IMG/VR virus record: IMGVR_UViG_3300037249_001368
Coordinates: 1 to 64,000 of that record
Length of the DNA: 64,000 nucleotides
DNA from: a virus
Lineage: Duplodnaviria; Caudoviricetes
Strand: one strand, 5' to 3'
Positions 8,880-16,625 of this stretch are shown here, in pieces; the stretch's first letter is position 1; every line of letters begins with the position of its first letter. The notes beneath the pieces are model-generated. The model was not told the origin of the DNA. It did not search any database and saw nothing but the letters and a program-made list of their open reading frames with translations. The translations under genes and the position numbers were made by a program.

Positions 8880-9246
8880 GCACAAATACTCTGTCTCCGA
8901 TAATCTCAGAGAAATCGGGGAAGAAATATTCAGATATGATTTATCTTTCGCTCACGAAATCGTGAATGGGAAAATACGTGAATTAACTCCTACGGAGTGC
9001 ACAACCATCAAGAATCACCTGAAAGCAGGTTCGGCGATGAAGGTTCTTTCTTATCCTGTAGAACATAGCTTCGTTTCTGACGAAAGATTCGATATCTGCG
9101 AGTATTTCATCGAGGTTCAGATGGTTTCCACGGGAACAAAGTTATTTGTCATCAACAGCAAGTACAGCACTTTCCGTACTCACGAGGAAATGCTTGCTGA
9201 CTTGGAGAGGTGTAAATATTCTAACAGAAGATTACGTAATGACTAG
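8761..9246 (+). CDS. Putative lipoprotein
   Basis: Signal with lipobox-like LLVSC; domain paralogous to 9239. Confidence 0.75.
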   Translation: MKSIRNILILFMVAASLLVSCNTVQRSTTTHQISEVMETKHKYSVSDNLREIGEEIFRYDLSFAHEIVNGKIRELTPTECTTIKNHLKAGSAMKVLSYPVEHSFVSDERFDICEYFIEVQMVSTGTKLFVINSKYSTFRTHEEMLADLERCKYSNRRLRND

Positions 9247-9586
9247 AGAACCTCATTTTTCAGTACCTGACACTATCAAAGAAATCGGTGATACGGTTTG
9301 GTGTTACGATACATCCTTCGCTCACGATTTGAACGGCAATGAACTGCCTCCGTTGGATGAAGCCTATGTCAAGAAAACTCTGAAACAAGGTTCTCCAATG
9401 ACTGTTCATACGTATCCAGTGCTTCGGGAGTTCAAAGACCCGTTTTCTGATGATACCATGACCGAGTACTTTATAGCGGTTACGATACCAGGGTTAACTT
9501 ATCAGTTTTACGTCATTAACTGCAAAAGTGGATTACTTAATTCGTATGCAGAAATGATTGAATGGTTAGGACCAGACGAGTTATGA
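9239..9586 (+). CDS. Paralog of the 8761 domain, without a signal peptide
   Basis: SVPDTIKEIGDTVWCYDTSFAH vs SVSDNLREIGEEIFRYDLSFAH. Confidence 0.8.
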   Translation: MTREPHFSVPDTIKEIGDTVWCYDTSFAHDLNGNELPPLDEAYVKKTLKQGSPMTVHTYPVLREFKDPFSDDTMTEYFIAVTIPGLTYQFYVINCKSGLLNSYAEMIEWLGPDEL

Positions 9587-9647
9587 TTTTTCAACCAACT
9601 CCATATACAGCCAATCAAGCATGGTTGGATAATATGATATATAATCC

Positions 9648-9869
9648 ATGTTGTCACTTTTCTGTAAACACGAAGACGACGTTACCTGTCAAACCATTCT
9701 TCAGGAACACTACGTCAGAGTAAAGCATCATGGTTGGGCACTGCGTTATAACATTATAGCTGTTTGGCGTTGTGCCAAATGTAACAAAATAACATCGAAA
9801 AATGTATTATACAGAAATCTTCATCCCGATGATTACCATGTGAGACATTTTTCAGAAACGGGGTTTTAG
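9648..9869 (+). CDS. Small phage Cys/His protein (LFCKH...CxKC); its stop codon lies inside tRNA-Ala
   Basis: 73 aa; TAG at 9867-9869 overlaps the tRNA. Confidence 0.6.
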   Translation: MLSLFCKHEDDVTCQTILQEHYVRVKHHGWALRYNIIAVWRCAKCNKITSKNVLYRNLHPDDYHVRHFSETGF

Positions 9870-9932
9870 CTCAGTTGGTAGAGCGGCGGCTTTGCAAGCC
9901 GTAGGTCGTGGGTTCGAGTCCCACACTCTCCA
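9860..9932 (+). tRNA. tRNA-Ala(TGC)
   Basis: G3.U70 pair; anticodon arm GCGGC-TTTGCAA-GCCGT; T-arm GTGGG-TTCGAGT-CCCAC; two acceptor-stem mismatches. Confidence 0.88.
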
Positions 9933-9938
9933 CAGTAC

Positions 9939-10170
9939 AGAGTCAATGACTCGATGAATGAGTCTGTTTGGACGAGGGTTCGATTCCCTCCACCTCCACT
10001 CACTGATTAAGCCACAGTGAAGCGTAGTTGTACAGGCGGCTTCGGCCGCCGAATCGGGGGTGACTGGTTTTGACAGCAGATGAGTTGTTCGACGAGACGA
10101 AGTACCGCCATAACTGGCAACAACTATGAAATGAGAGCTGCCGCCTAAGATAGGTGCCAGTCTCAAGCCA
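9939..10170 (+). ncRNA. ssrA: Circularly permuted (two-piece) tmRNA, tag (A)GNNYEMRAAA
   Basis: The 3' acceptor piece GGACGAGGGTTCGATTCCCTCCACCTCCA (ends 9998) precedes the 5' piece GGGGGTGACTGGTTTTGACAGC (starts 10056). Acceptor stem GGGGGTG/CACCTCC with G3.U. Resume context ATAACT|GGC; tag ORF 10116-10148. Outer ends approximate. Confidence 0.88.
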
Positions 10171-10171
10171 C

Positions 10172-10201
10172 AGCCGAGGGCGTAGTTCTCGGCTATTTTT
10201 A
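10172..10201 (+). terminator. Intrinsic terminator after the tmRNA
   Basis: AGCCGAGGGC-GTA-GTTCTCGGCT followed by ATTTTT. Confidence 0.8.
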
Positions 10202-10232
10202 TGCTTTCATCTGAAATAAAAATCGGATTCAC

Positions 10233-10265
10233 CAGCCTAAAACAAAGACCTCACTTGGTTATAAT
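10233..10265 (+). promoter_or_regulatory. Phage bipartite promoter
   Basis: CAGCCTAA-15 nt-TGGTTATAAT. Confidence 0.8.
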
Positions 10266-10295
10266 TACTGAGTTTAACAACTAAATCTTATAGCA

Positions 10296-10496
10296 ATGAA
10301 AACCAAGCAAGACATCATTGATTACCTGGTTCGTGAAAGTGACGGCCAGTTCAAAGAAGAAGAACTTCAGAAAAAAGACTGTTTCGGTCTCGTTGATGCT
10401 TACCTGGAATGGGAAGGCATCATAGGATACACCACCGACATCATTAATGTAGTCAGAGCCTCAAATGTTCTGAACGAAATACCAGAGGAGGTCTGA
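10296..10496 (+). CDS. Hypothetical protein
   Basis: 66 aa, downstream of a promoter. Confidence 0.75.
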   Translation: MKTKQDIIDYLVRESDGQFKEEELQKKDCFGLVDAYLEWEGIIGYTTDIINVVRASNVLNEIPEEV

Positions 10497-10498
10497 AT

Positions 10499-10723
10499 AT
10501 GTGTCAAAGATTTTTGGAACTGTTACCAAAATTTCAATGGTTCATTGAAAGATGGTTTGGTCAGAAAACCGTTGATTATCTTAAGCAACTGGCCAACGAT
10601 AGCAAAGAAGTCGAGTTATCGAACAAACTCAACGATATATGGTTTGAACTCCCCGATGACATTTTCAACATACGGGAAAATCCCGAAGGTTGGAACGAGT
10701 TTCTGAGTTTGATTGAGGAATAG
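10499..10723 (+). CDS. Hypothetical protein
   Basis: 74 aa; operon-like spacing. Confidence 0.75.
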   Translation: MCQRFLELLPKFQWFIERWFGQKTVDYLKQLANDSKEVELSNKLNDIWFELPDDIFNIRENPEGWNEFLSLIEE

Positions 10724-10748
10724 ATACCCAAAATAAAAATACTGATAT

Positions 10749-11282
10749 ATGTCAAAAGAAATGCACGAATTATACCGGTATATGACTGGTGAAGAGTTGG
10801 AATACGACAATCTGAACGAGATGTCTTTCAACAGAGATTTTGTCAAATTGGTTTGGTATCAGAACAGTTTTGAAATAATAAGAAACTGGTGCTTAATAGC
10901 ATACGCTGCTTTTTACAGAGAGGGCATAGACAAGATAAACATAAATCATTGGAAATCAGAGTTGAAAGAACACATCAGAAAATCTATGGAGGCTGATATA
11001 AAAAACAACAACAGTAGAAAGTCCCGTAAAAAACTCGCTGATGAGTTATGGATAAGTGATTTAGGATACAATAAGTCCTCGAAAATATCAAAAATTCTGA
11101 AAATAATAAGGAAAAAATTCAGTTCGGAGTATCCTAATTTCAAAGAAAGTGATTTGGTGTATGTTATATCTGTGTTTCAGAAAGACTTGGATAATCTGAT
11201 TAATGTTGTCGTAGAAAGTGATGATGACATTTTGGATAATTTCGTTGATAACTTGGAAGACAGGGTACGAGAACATTTCTGA
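10749..11282 (+). CDS. Helical protein, possibly DUF29-like; paralog of 18495-18986
   Basis: LNEM...NWCL...NHWKSEL shared with 18495. Confidence 0.75.
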   Translation: MSKEMHELYRYMTGEELEYDNLNEMSFNRDFVKLVWYQNSFEIIRNWCLIAYAAFYREGIDKININHWKSELKEHIRKSMEADIKNNNSRKSRKKLADELWISDLGYNKSSKISKILKIIRKKFSSEYPNFKESDLVYVISVFQKDLDNLINVVVESDDDILDNFVDNLEDRVREHF

Positions 11283-11292
11283 TTTTGCCAAT

Positions 11293-11325
11293 CTACCTAA
11301 ACCAAAACTCCGCATTGGTTTATGT
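11293..11325 (+). promoter_or_regulatory. Phage bipartite promoter (variant)
   Basis: CTACCTAA-15 nt-TGGTTTATGT. Confidence 0.65.
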
Positions 11326-11354
11326 ACATACAAACCTTATAAAAATACTGAACT

Positions 11355-11615
11355 ATGAATAGCAAATCAGAAAACAACAGCCCACGATTAATCCGCACAA
11401 TCGCGGCTGAGATTCAGAAAACTTGGAGCAAAGTTTCTCCGTACGCAGAGCCTTACTTAGAGGCTATGCTGACACTCGACACCATCGAGGATAATTACTT
11501 CTTCGATGATGGTAAGTCCATTGTCCTGTACTTCTTAGCCAACGCATCAGGTTGGAAAGGTGAGGATGCCCGTAGAATCAAGAAAGAACTGAAAGATATT
11601 TGCGGTCTTAAATAA
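11355..11615 (+). CDS. Phage hypothetical protein
   Basis: 86 aa; PYLEAM...VLYFLANASGWKGEDARRIK. Confidence 0.8.
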   Translation: MNSKSENNSPRLIRTIAAEIQKTWSKVSPYAEPYLEAMLTLDTIEDNYFFDDGKSIVLYFLANASGWKGEDARRIKKELKDICGLK

Positions 11616-11623
11616 GTAGAATC

Positions 11624-13147
11624 ATGACAAGAGAATGGAGCAAATATCAGAAGGCGGTATTCGACTTCGTCAAAAACAGCAGAGAATCTGCGGTTATCAA
11701 TGCCGTGGCAGGCAGCGGAAAGTCGACAACAATAGTCGAAGCCTCTAAGATAGCAGTGGAATACGGCTCGGTCTTATTTCTTGCTTTTAACAAAAGCATA
11801 GCCCAAGAGTTAGCCGCCAAGATGCAGGGAACGGGTGTTGAGTGTAAGACATTACATTCCCACGGTTTCAGAGCCATTCAGAAAAAACTTGGTTATAAGT
11901 GCAGGCTTGATGACAGAAAGTGGGAGAATTATATCACCGACAAGGCTCAGTTATACTTCAGCAGTGATGATTTCGATTCTGATGCTGAGATGAACTCATA
12001 TATCAGAGAATGTGTTCAGTTGCTGAATCTCGCGAGGATTAATTTCATCAGAAGGGATGACACAGGCATGATGACTCAATTATCAGAACTTGCTGAGCAC
12101 CACAATTTTGATGTTGATGAGACACAACTGAGAATCGTGAATGATACTCTCGGTTTGGTTTATACTCTAACAGATGTAATTGACTTCACGGATATGATTA
12201 CTCTTCCGCTGAAAAAATCTTTACAGAAGTATCTACCGAAATACGACACGGTTTTTGTAGATGAGGCTCAAGACCTTTCCAAAGCACAAAGGGAACTGAT
12301 GCTTGCATCTATAAAACCAGGAGGCAGATTCATTGCGGTTGGTGATAAAATGCAGTGCATAAACGGGTTTGCAGGCTCTGACATTGAGAGTTTTAATAAT
12401 CTGATTAAGATTGCTGGTCACGAATTTCCGCTGTCAGTCTGCTACCGTTGTGGAAAAGAAATTATCAAACATGCTCAGGAAATTGTGCCTTACATCGAGG
12501 CCTTTGAGGGTCAGGTAGATGGCTGTGTGCATCAAGACGTCAGAGACCTAAAAATGGTGCAACCAGGAGACATGCTTCTTTGCAGAAAATCAGCACCTTT
12601 GGTTTCTGTTTGCTTGCGACTGATTGCCAACGGTTTATCAGCACAAGTGAAAGGTACAGATATCGCTGAAGGTCTTAAAGCAATGGTAAACAGAACAAAG
12701 ACCAAAAAAGTAGAAACCATGCTTGGGAAGCTTCAGAAGGAATTGGATAAAGTCGTGAAAAAGCTGAAAAAGCAAGGAGTCAAAGATGCAGATATTGAGT
12801 ACAACAGCCTGTATGTTACCGTCCAAGACAAAATAGCATGTATAGAAGCAGTTTCCGAAAATTGTACAAAAGTTGAAGAGGTCATAAATAGACTGAACAC
12901 ATTATTCTCAGATACTCGCAATGGCAACGCCATAACACTTTCAACAGTTCACAAGGCCAAAGGTCTAGAAGCAGATAATGTTTTTATACTGCTTCCTGAC
13001 TGTTTACCACTGCTCAGAAAAGACCAGAAACAGTGGGAAATTGACCAAGAATATAATTTGAAATATGTGGCGATAACCAGAGCCAAGAAAAATCTGTATT
13101 ATCTGAATCTTAGTCAGAAAGAATTGAAAACAGTAGAAGTCCGATAA
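11624..13147 (+). CDS. UvrD/Rep-like superfamily 1 DNA helicase
   Basis: Walker A AVAGSGKST; DEAQD; VGDxxQ; STVHKAKGLE; YVAITRA. Confidence 0.92.
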   Translation: MTREWSKYQKAVFDFVKNSRESAVINAVAGSGKSTTIVEASKIAVEYGSVLFLAFNKSIAQELAAKMQGTGVECKTLHSHGFRAIQKKLGYKCRLDDRKWENYITDKAQLYFSSDDFDSDAEMNSYIRECVQLLNLARINFIRRDDTGMMTQLSELAEHHNFDVDETQLRIVNDTLGLVYTLTDVIDFTDMITLPLKKSLQKYLPKYDTVFVDEAQDLSKAQRELMLASIKPGGRFIAVGDKMQCINGFAGSDIESFNNLIKIAGHEFPLSVCYRCGKEIIKHAQEIVPYIEAFEGQVDGCVHQDVRDLKMVQPGDMLLCRKSAPLVSVCLRLIANGLSAQVKGTDIAEGLKAMVNRTKTKKVETMLGKLQKELDKVVKKLKKQGVKDADIEYNSLYVTVQDKIACIEAVSENCTKVEEVINRLNTLFSDTRNGNAITLSTVHKAKGLEADNVFILLPDCLPLLRKDQKQWEIDQEYNLKYVAITRAKKNLYYLNLSQKELKTVEVR

Positions 13148-13152
13148 TCGGC

Positions 13153-13225
13153 GGCTCCGTAGCTCAGTTGGTAGAGCATCGCACTTTTAATGCGGGGGTC
13201 CTGGGTTCGAGTCCCAGCGGAGTCA
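13153..13225 (+). tRNA. tRNA-Lys(TTT)
   Basis: Acceptor GGCTCCG/CGGAGTC; anticodon loop CTTTTAA; T-arm CTGGG-TTCGAGT-CCCAG. Confidence 0.92.
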
Positions 13226-13272
13226 CAAGTTCAGAAACTTAATTTTTGCTATCATAATCAGTATTTTTTCGT

Positions 13273-13310
13273 CAGGCAGTCAGAGTGCGGATTTTGGCTG
13301 CCTGTTTTTT
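13273..13310 (+). terminator. Intrinsic terminator
   Basis: CAGGCAGTCAGAGT-GCGG-ATTTTGGCTGCCTG followed by TTTTTT. Confidence 0.75.
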
Positions 13311-13324
13311 GTTGCCATGCACAT

Positions 13325-13695
13325 AACACACCGGCAAAATACCTTGAAAAATGCCCATATAAGCCCTATATCAAGGCATCAGTCCATATACAAAGAAATC
13401 ACACTTATTTGCCGGTGTGTCACAATGCCTCACATAAAATACCGGTGTGTTTGCTTGAAATTTCACATAAAACCTTGAGAATCAACCATTTACAGCCATT
13501 TCAGCACTTATCACACCGGTAAATTTCTTTGAAAAAGCCTCATATAAGACATATACCTTGGTATATCACTTAAATCAATGATTTTTGAGTTTTTCACCGG
13601 TGTGTAAAGTTGTGTATAACACAAAAACCGGTGGGTTTGCTTGTTTCGGAGCTAAATCGTTGAAAATCAAGGTTTTATGATTTTGCCGGTGTGTT
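13325..13695. repeat. CCGGTGKG repeat cluster 1 (7 sites; degenerate ~185-bp tandem unit)
   Basis: CCGG cores at 13331, 13412, 13442, 13516, 13597, 13628, 13686. Confidence 0.9.
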
Positions 13696-13712
13696 GATTT
13701 TCGGCGAAAGCA

Positions 13713-13741
13713 TAAAAAAACAGGTCCGAGGACCTGTTTTT
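13713..13741 (-). terminator. Bidirectional intrinsic terminator
   Basis: AAAAAAACAGGTCC-GA-GGACCTGTTTTT. Confidence 0.75.
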
Positions 13742-13755
13742 AGGCTATTTTCCGA

Positions 13756-14379
13756 TTAGTCGATTTTTCGTACCCTGCAATTAGGTCCGAAACGCCATTT
13801 AATTCTGTTAGGCAGATGATAACAGACAAAATTCTTCCTCATTAAGTAAGATTTTTCGAAGCGTCTGCCATTACATTCAAAATGTGCTCCAACAGGCAGA
13901 GATGCAACAGTCACCAATCCATCATCAAAAACACGGTTTTCGGTCTTTCTGTCAGGAAAATCGTATTTATCCAAAACAGCTTGCACCTCGATACCCGAAG
14001 CAGAAATATGACTCATCATAAACTCATCGAAAATTTTGTCACCGATTTCTTTCGGGAAAAAGTCCAGCCATTCATCTATGATTTTTTGGAAGCAGTTTTG
14101 CCATTCCTCATCGTGCCCGTGATTTATTTTGGTTTTTTGCCAGACAAAATGGTGAGCAAGTTCGTGGACAAAAGTAAACAGATGATTCCACTTTCCTCCG
14201 AGGTCACAGATTTTGATGACGGGAACGGAAAACTCATCTCGCTTGCACTCGTAGCGGCCAACGAATGACTTTTTTGCGGGAAGGAATTTGATTTTGATTC
14301 CCTCCCTTTGGATTGTGTTGAGTATCTTCGGAACAGCAGCCGCCGGAAAATACTTCTCCAGTGTTTCAGTAGGACTCAT
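13756..14379 (-). CDS. SprT-like zinc metalloprotease-domain protein
   Basis: HELAH (HExxH) plus GHDEEW; C-terminal LPVGAHF...GRRFEK module. Confidence 0.8.
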   Translation of the reverse strand: MSPTETLEKYFPAAAVPKILNTIQREGIKIKFLPAKKSFVGRYECKRDEFSVPVIKICDLGGKWNHLFTFVHELAHHFVWQKTKINHGHDEEWQNCFQKIIDEWLDFFPKEIGDKIFDEFMMSHISASGIEVQAVLDKYDFPDRKTENRVFDDGLVTVASLPVGAHFECNGRRFEKSYLMRKNFVCYHLPNRIKWRFGPNCRVRKID

Positions 14380-14380
14380 T

Positions 14381-14518
14381 TTATTTACAGATTAAGACTA
14401 CCTCCGAAAGGATTCCTCTTGACACATTAGAGACAACGGTAACCCTGTCGAAGAGTTGTTTTTGTGCCTCGAGGTATGCCTGTAAATCCTCGGTCGGTAA
14501 TAGGTTATTGATTCTCAT
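14381..14518 (-). CDS. 45-aa hypothetical protein (not in the ORF track)
   Basis: MRINNLLPTEDLQAYLEAQ...; lies between the promoter at 14575 and the SprT-like gene. Confidence 0.55.
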   Translation of the reverse strand: MRINNLLPTEDLQAYLEAQKQLFDRVTVVSNVSRGILSEVVLICK

Positions 14519-14540
14519 TGCACTTCGTTTTTAAGTTCAA

Positions 14541-14575
14541 TTATAATAACCACAAAAACGGACATTCTTAGGCTA
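14541..14575 (-). promoter_or_regulatory. Phage bipartite promoter
   Basis: Reverse strand TAGCCTAA-15 nt-TGGTTATTATAA. Confidence 0.75.
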
Positions 14576-14587
14576 AATTTTAAGATT

Positions 14588-14980
14588 ACCCACCGGAACA
14601 CCACCCCTAATAACATGACTCACCGGTGCATTTTGTATGAACTCAACACACCGGTGAAAAACAATCATGAGCACAATATTTGAAAATTAACAAGGTATTT
14701 GTCAAGGAGGTTTTGATATATTTGGATTTTTGCCGGTGTGTGATTTGATATAAAAACAAACCGGTGGGTCAACATGGCAAAAATCTGAAAGATGAAGAAA
14801 AGCAAAGGACTTAAACAATGAAGCACACCGGCAAATTAATCAACTAAAACACGACCCACCGGTAAAAATACAACAATTAACCAAATCAAAAGTATTAACC
14901 AAATGAACTAGCTTCGATATTTGAATTATGATTATATATTGCCGGTGGGTAAGCTATATAAATTTTTACTTCCGGTGGGT
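14588..14980. repeat. CCGGTGKG repeat cluster 2 (9 sites)
   Basis: Cores at 14593, 14623, 14651, 14733, 14761, 14828, 14859, 14942, 14972. Confidence 0.9.
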
Positions 14981-14994
14981 AAAGATGTGAAGTT

Positions 14995-15128
14995 TTGCCT
15001 AAGTTTGGAGGTCTTCTTGGTTTATATAAATACAATTCAAGTAAATAACTTGAGCAAAGGTACTTGAAAAAATAAAATAAAAATTTCAAGTTTAGCCTAA
15101 CTTCAAATAAAAACTTGGTTTTAATAAT
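14995..15128 (+). promoter_or_regulatory. Two tandem phage bipartite promoters
   Basis: TTGCCTAA-15-TGGTT (14995-15022) and TAGCCTAA-15-TGGTT (15093-15120). Confidence 0.75.
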
Positions 15129-15192
15129 CGAAAGTGAAACAAAAATCCTTTCAATAAACATTATTCAATAACCTTTCAAATCTTTAAGCATT

Positions 15193-15762
15193 ATGGCAAA
15201 GAAAAATGAAAAGCAGGCCCAAGGCCTCGAAGCTGAGAACAGCAACAACGCAGTGACCATCGAAGAAATCGTCAAGCGTGAATTGGTCATCAAGGAGAAG
15301 AACACTTACTCCAATTACGACCCCGAGAAGGAACCCGAGATTCAAAAGGGACTTCAAACCCTCCTTGAGTTGGGCGTCAATCCGCTGATTATTGCAATCG
15401 GCAAGTTTTGGAACGACCGCGAAACTTGGAAGCAAGTCCGCGCGATGATTGCGGAGGAAGCAACCAAGGCAGGCAAGACCCAAGCGGACTACGAGCAAAA
15501 CGTCCTTCGTCCCGAGTACGACAAGTTTGCAGCAATCCAAGCCGCAGTTTCCCGACTCAACTACGCTTTCAACTACATGAAGCCCCGCGAGTCAGTCGCT
15601 GGCAAGGAGGTCACGCAGCAGATTCGCATCGACGGTCAAATCCGAGTCATCAGTGTCAAGAAGTTCGTCGAACTCAAGCAGACCATCACGGACCGCAACG
15701 AACTCAAGGCCGCCCTGTTGGAAAACTCGACCGAGTCGAAGAACGTCATCGAGGAGTTTTAA
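15193..15762 (+). CDS. Probably highly expressed hypothetical protein inside the repeat region; paralog of 1555
   Basis: Biased codons, dual promoter, own terminator, ends in IEEF. Confidence 0.85.
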   Translation: MAKKNEKQAQGLEAENSNNAVTIEEIVKRELVIKEKNTYSNYDPEKEPEIQKGLQTLLELGVNPLIIAIGKFWNDRETWKQVRAMIAEEATKAGKTQADYEQNVLRPEYDKFAAIQAAVSRLNYAFNYMKPRESVAGKEVTQQIRIDGQIRVISVKKFVELKQTITDRNELKAALLENSTESKNVIEEF

Positions 15763-15779
15763 CTCCTCCGACTTCTCGG

Positions 15780-15812
15780 AAAAACAGTCCCGCAAGGGAC
15801 TGTTTTTCTTTT
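15780..15812 (+). terminator. Intrinsic terminator
   Basis: AAAAACAGTCCC-GCAA-GGGACTGTTTTT. Confidence 0.85.
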
Positions 15813-15825
15813 GCCATTTTTTAGA

Positions 15826-16070
15826 GTTTACCGGTGTGTAAGAAATTGGGATTACAGAACACTACCCACCGGCTACCCAATCCCAGTCCTACAGCACTAT
15901 ACAGGAGAACATACAACATAACACACCGGTACTATGAATAGCAACAACCAATCCCACCGGTGAAAAACTCAAATTTCCTCAAATTCAATACTGTGCCTTG
16001 AGTATTGTCTTGATACTACAACCACAACAAGGAATTAACCGGTGGGTTTTCGCATATATGGCCGGTGGGT
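15826..16070. repeat. CCGGTGKG repeat cluster 3 (6 sites)
   Basis: Cores at 15831, 15869, 15926, 15957, 16039, 16062. Confidence 0.9.
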
Positions 16071-16082
16071 AATCTTTTGGTA

Positions 16083-16116
16083 CAGCCTAAAAACTGGTGC
16101 TTTCTTGGTTTATACT
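16083..16116 (+). promoter_or_regulatory. Phage bipartite promoter
   Basis: CAGCCTAA-15 nt-TGGTTTATAC. Confidence 0.8.
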
Positions 16117-16140
16117 AATAGAAAATCAAACTTAAGTACT

Positions 16141-16548
16141 ATGATTATTACCAAAGCTAACTTGGAGGCCATCCGTGCGGTGTACGGGTACCTCAATTCA
16201 TCCGAGGAATCATTCTCGAATTATGTTATAGTTTGTATGTCTGCGGCTTACTATGAGTCACATTTCAAACCCGAAGGGGAGGAATTTTCTCAGCCATTAA
16301 AAGACGCTTTATGCCTGCTTATTTCAAGGACCGAAAAAATCGACTTCGAGCCGGTGTATGCCAACTTTGACGATGAGTCCTTTATGATTAATTTCGTGGA
16401 ATACTGCCTCAAAAAGGACTACAAAACTGCCCTTCAGAATCTGCTTTTCTACTGCCAGCGCCGCATAGAAAATTTTGAGTATCTTTTTCAACAACACATT
16501 TTGGAAACTTTTGGCAAAGCGCCTAAGGAACCAAATGTCCTTGGTTGA
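16141..16548 (+). CDS. Hypothetical protein
   Basis: ATG 16141 (MIITKANL) preferred; the track start at 16042 runs through repeats and the promoter. Confidence 0.75.
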   Translation: MIITKANLEAIRAVYGYLNSSEESFSNYVIVCMSAAYYESHFKPEGEEFSQPLKDALCLLISRTEKIDFEPVYANFDDESFMINFVEYCLKKDYKTALQNLLFYCQRRIENFEYLFQQHILETFGKAPKEPNVLG

Positions 16549-16571
16549 CCATGTTTTGCATTTCATATTCT

Positions 16572-16607
16572 GAGAACCTGTGCCCTTCGGGGTACAGGTT
16601 TCTTTTT
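16572..16607 (+). terminator. Intrinsic terminator
   Basis: GAGAACCTGTGCCC-TTCG-GGGTACAGGTTTC followed by a T-tract. Confidence 0.85.
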
Positions 16608-16625
16608 GTCCAAATCCCACATAAA

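Noticed and set aside
9852-10232. 126-aa minus-strand ORF
   Set aside because: It is the antisense of tRNA-Ala and the tmRNA (WRWRESNPRP and WRVWDSNPRP are typical tRNA shadows).
13190-13522. ORF 13190-13522, and similarly 14895-15161, 16324-16725 and 16523-16717
   Set aside because: They run through a tRNA, terminators, promoters or repeat modules and have no coding character.
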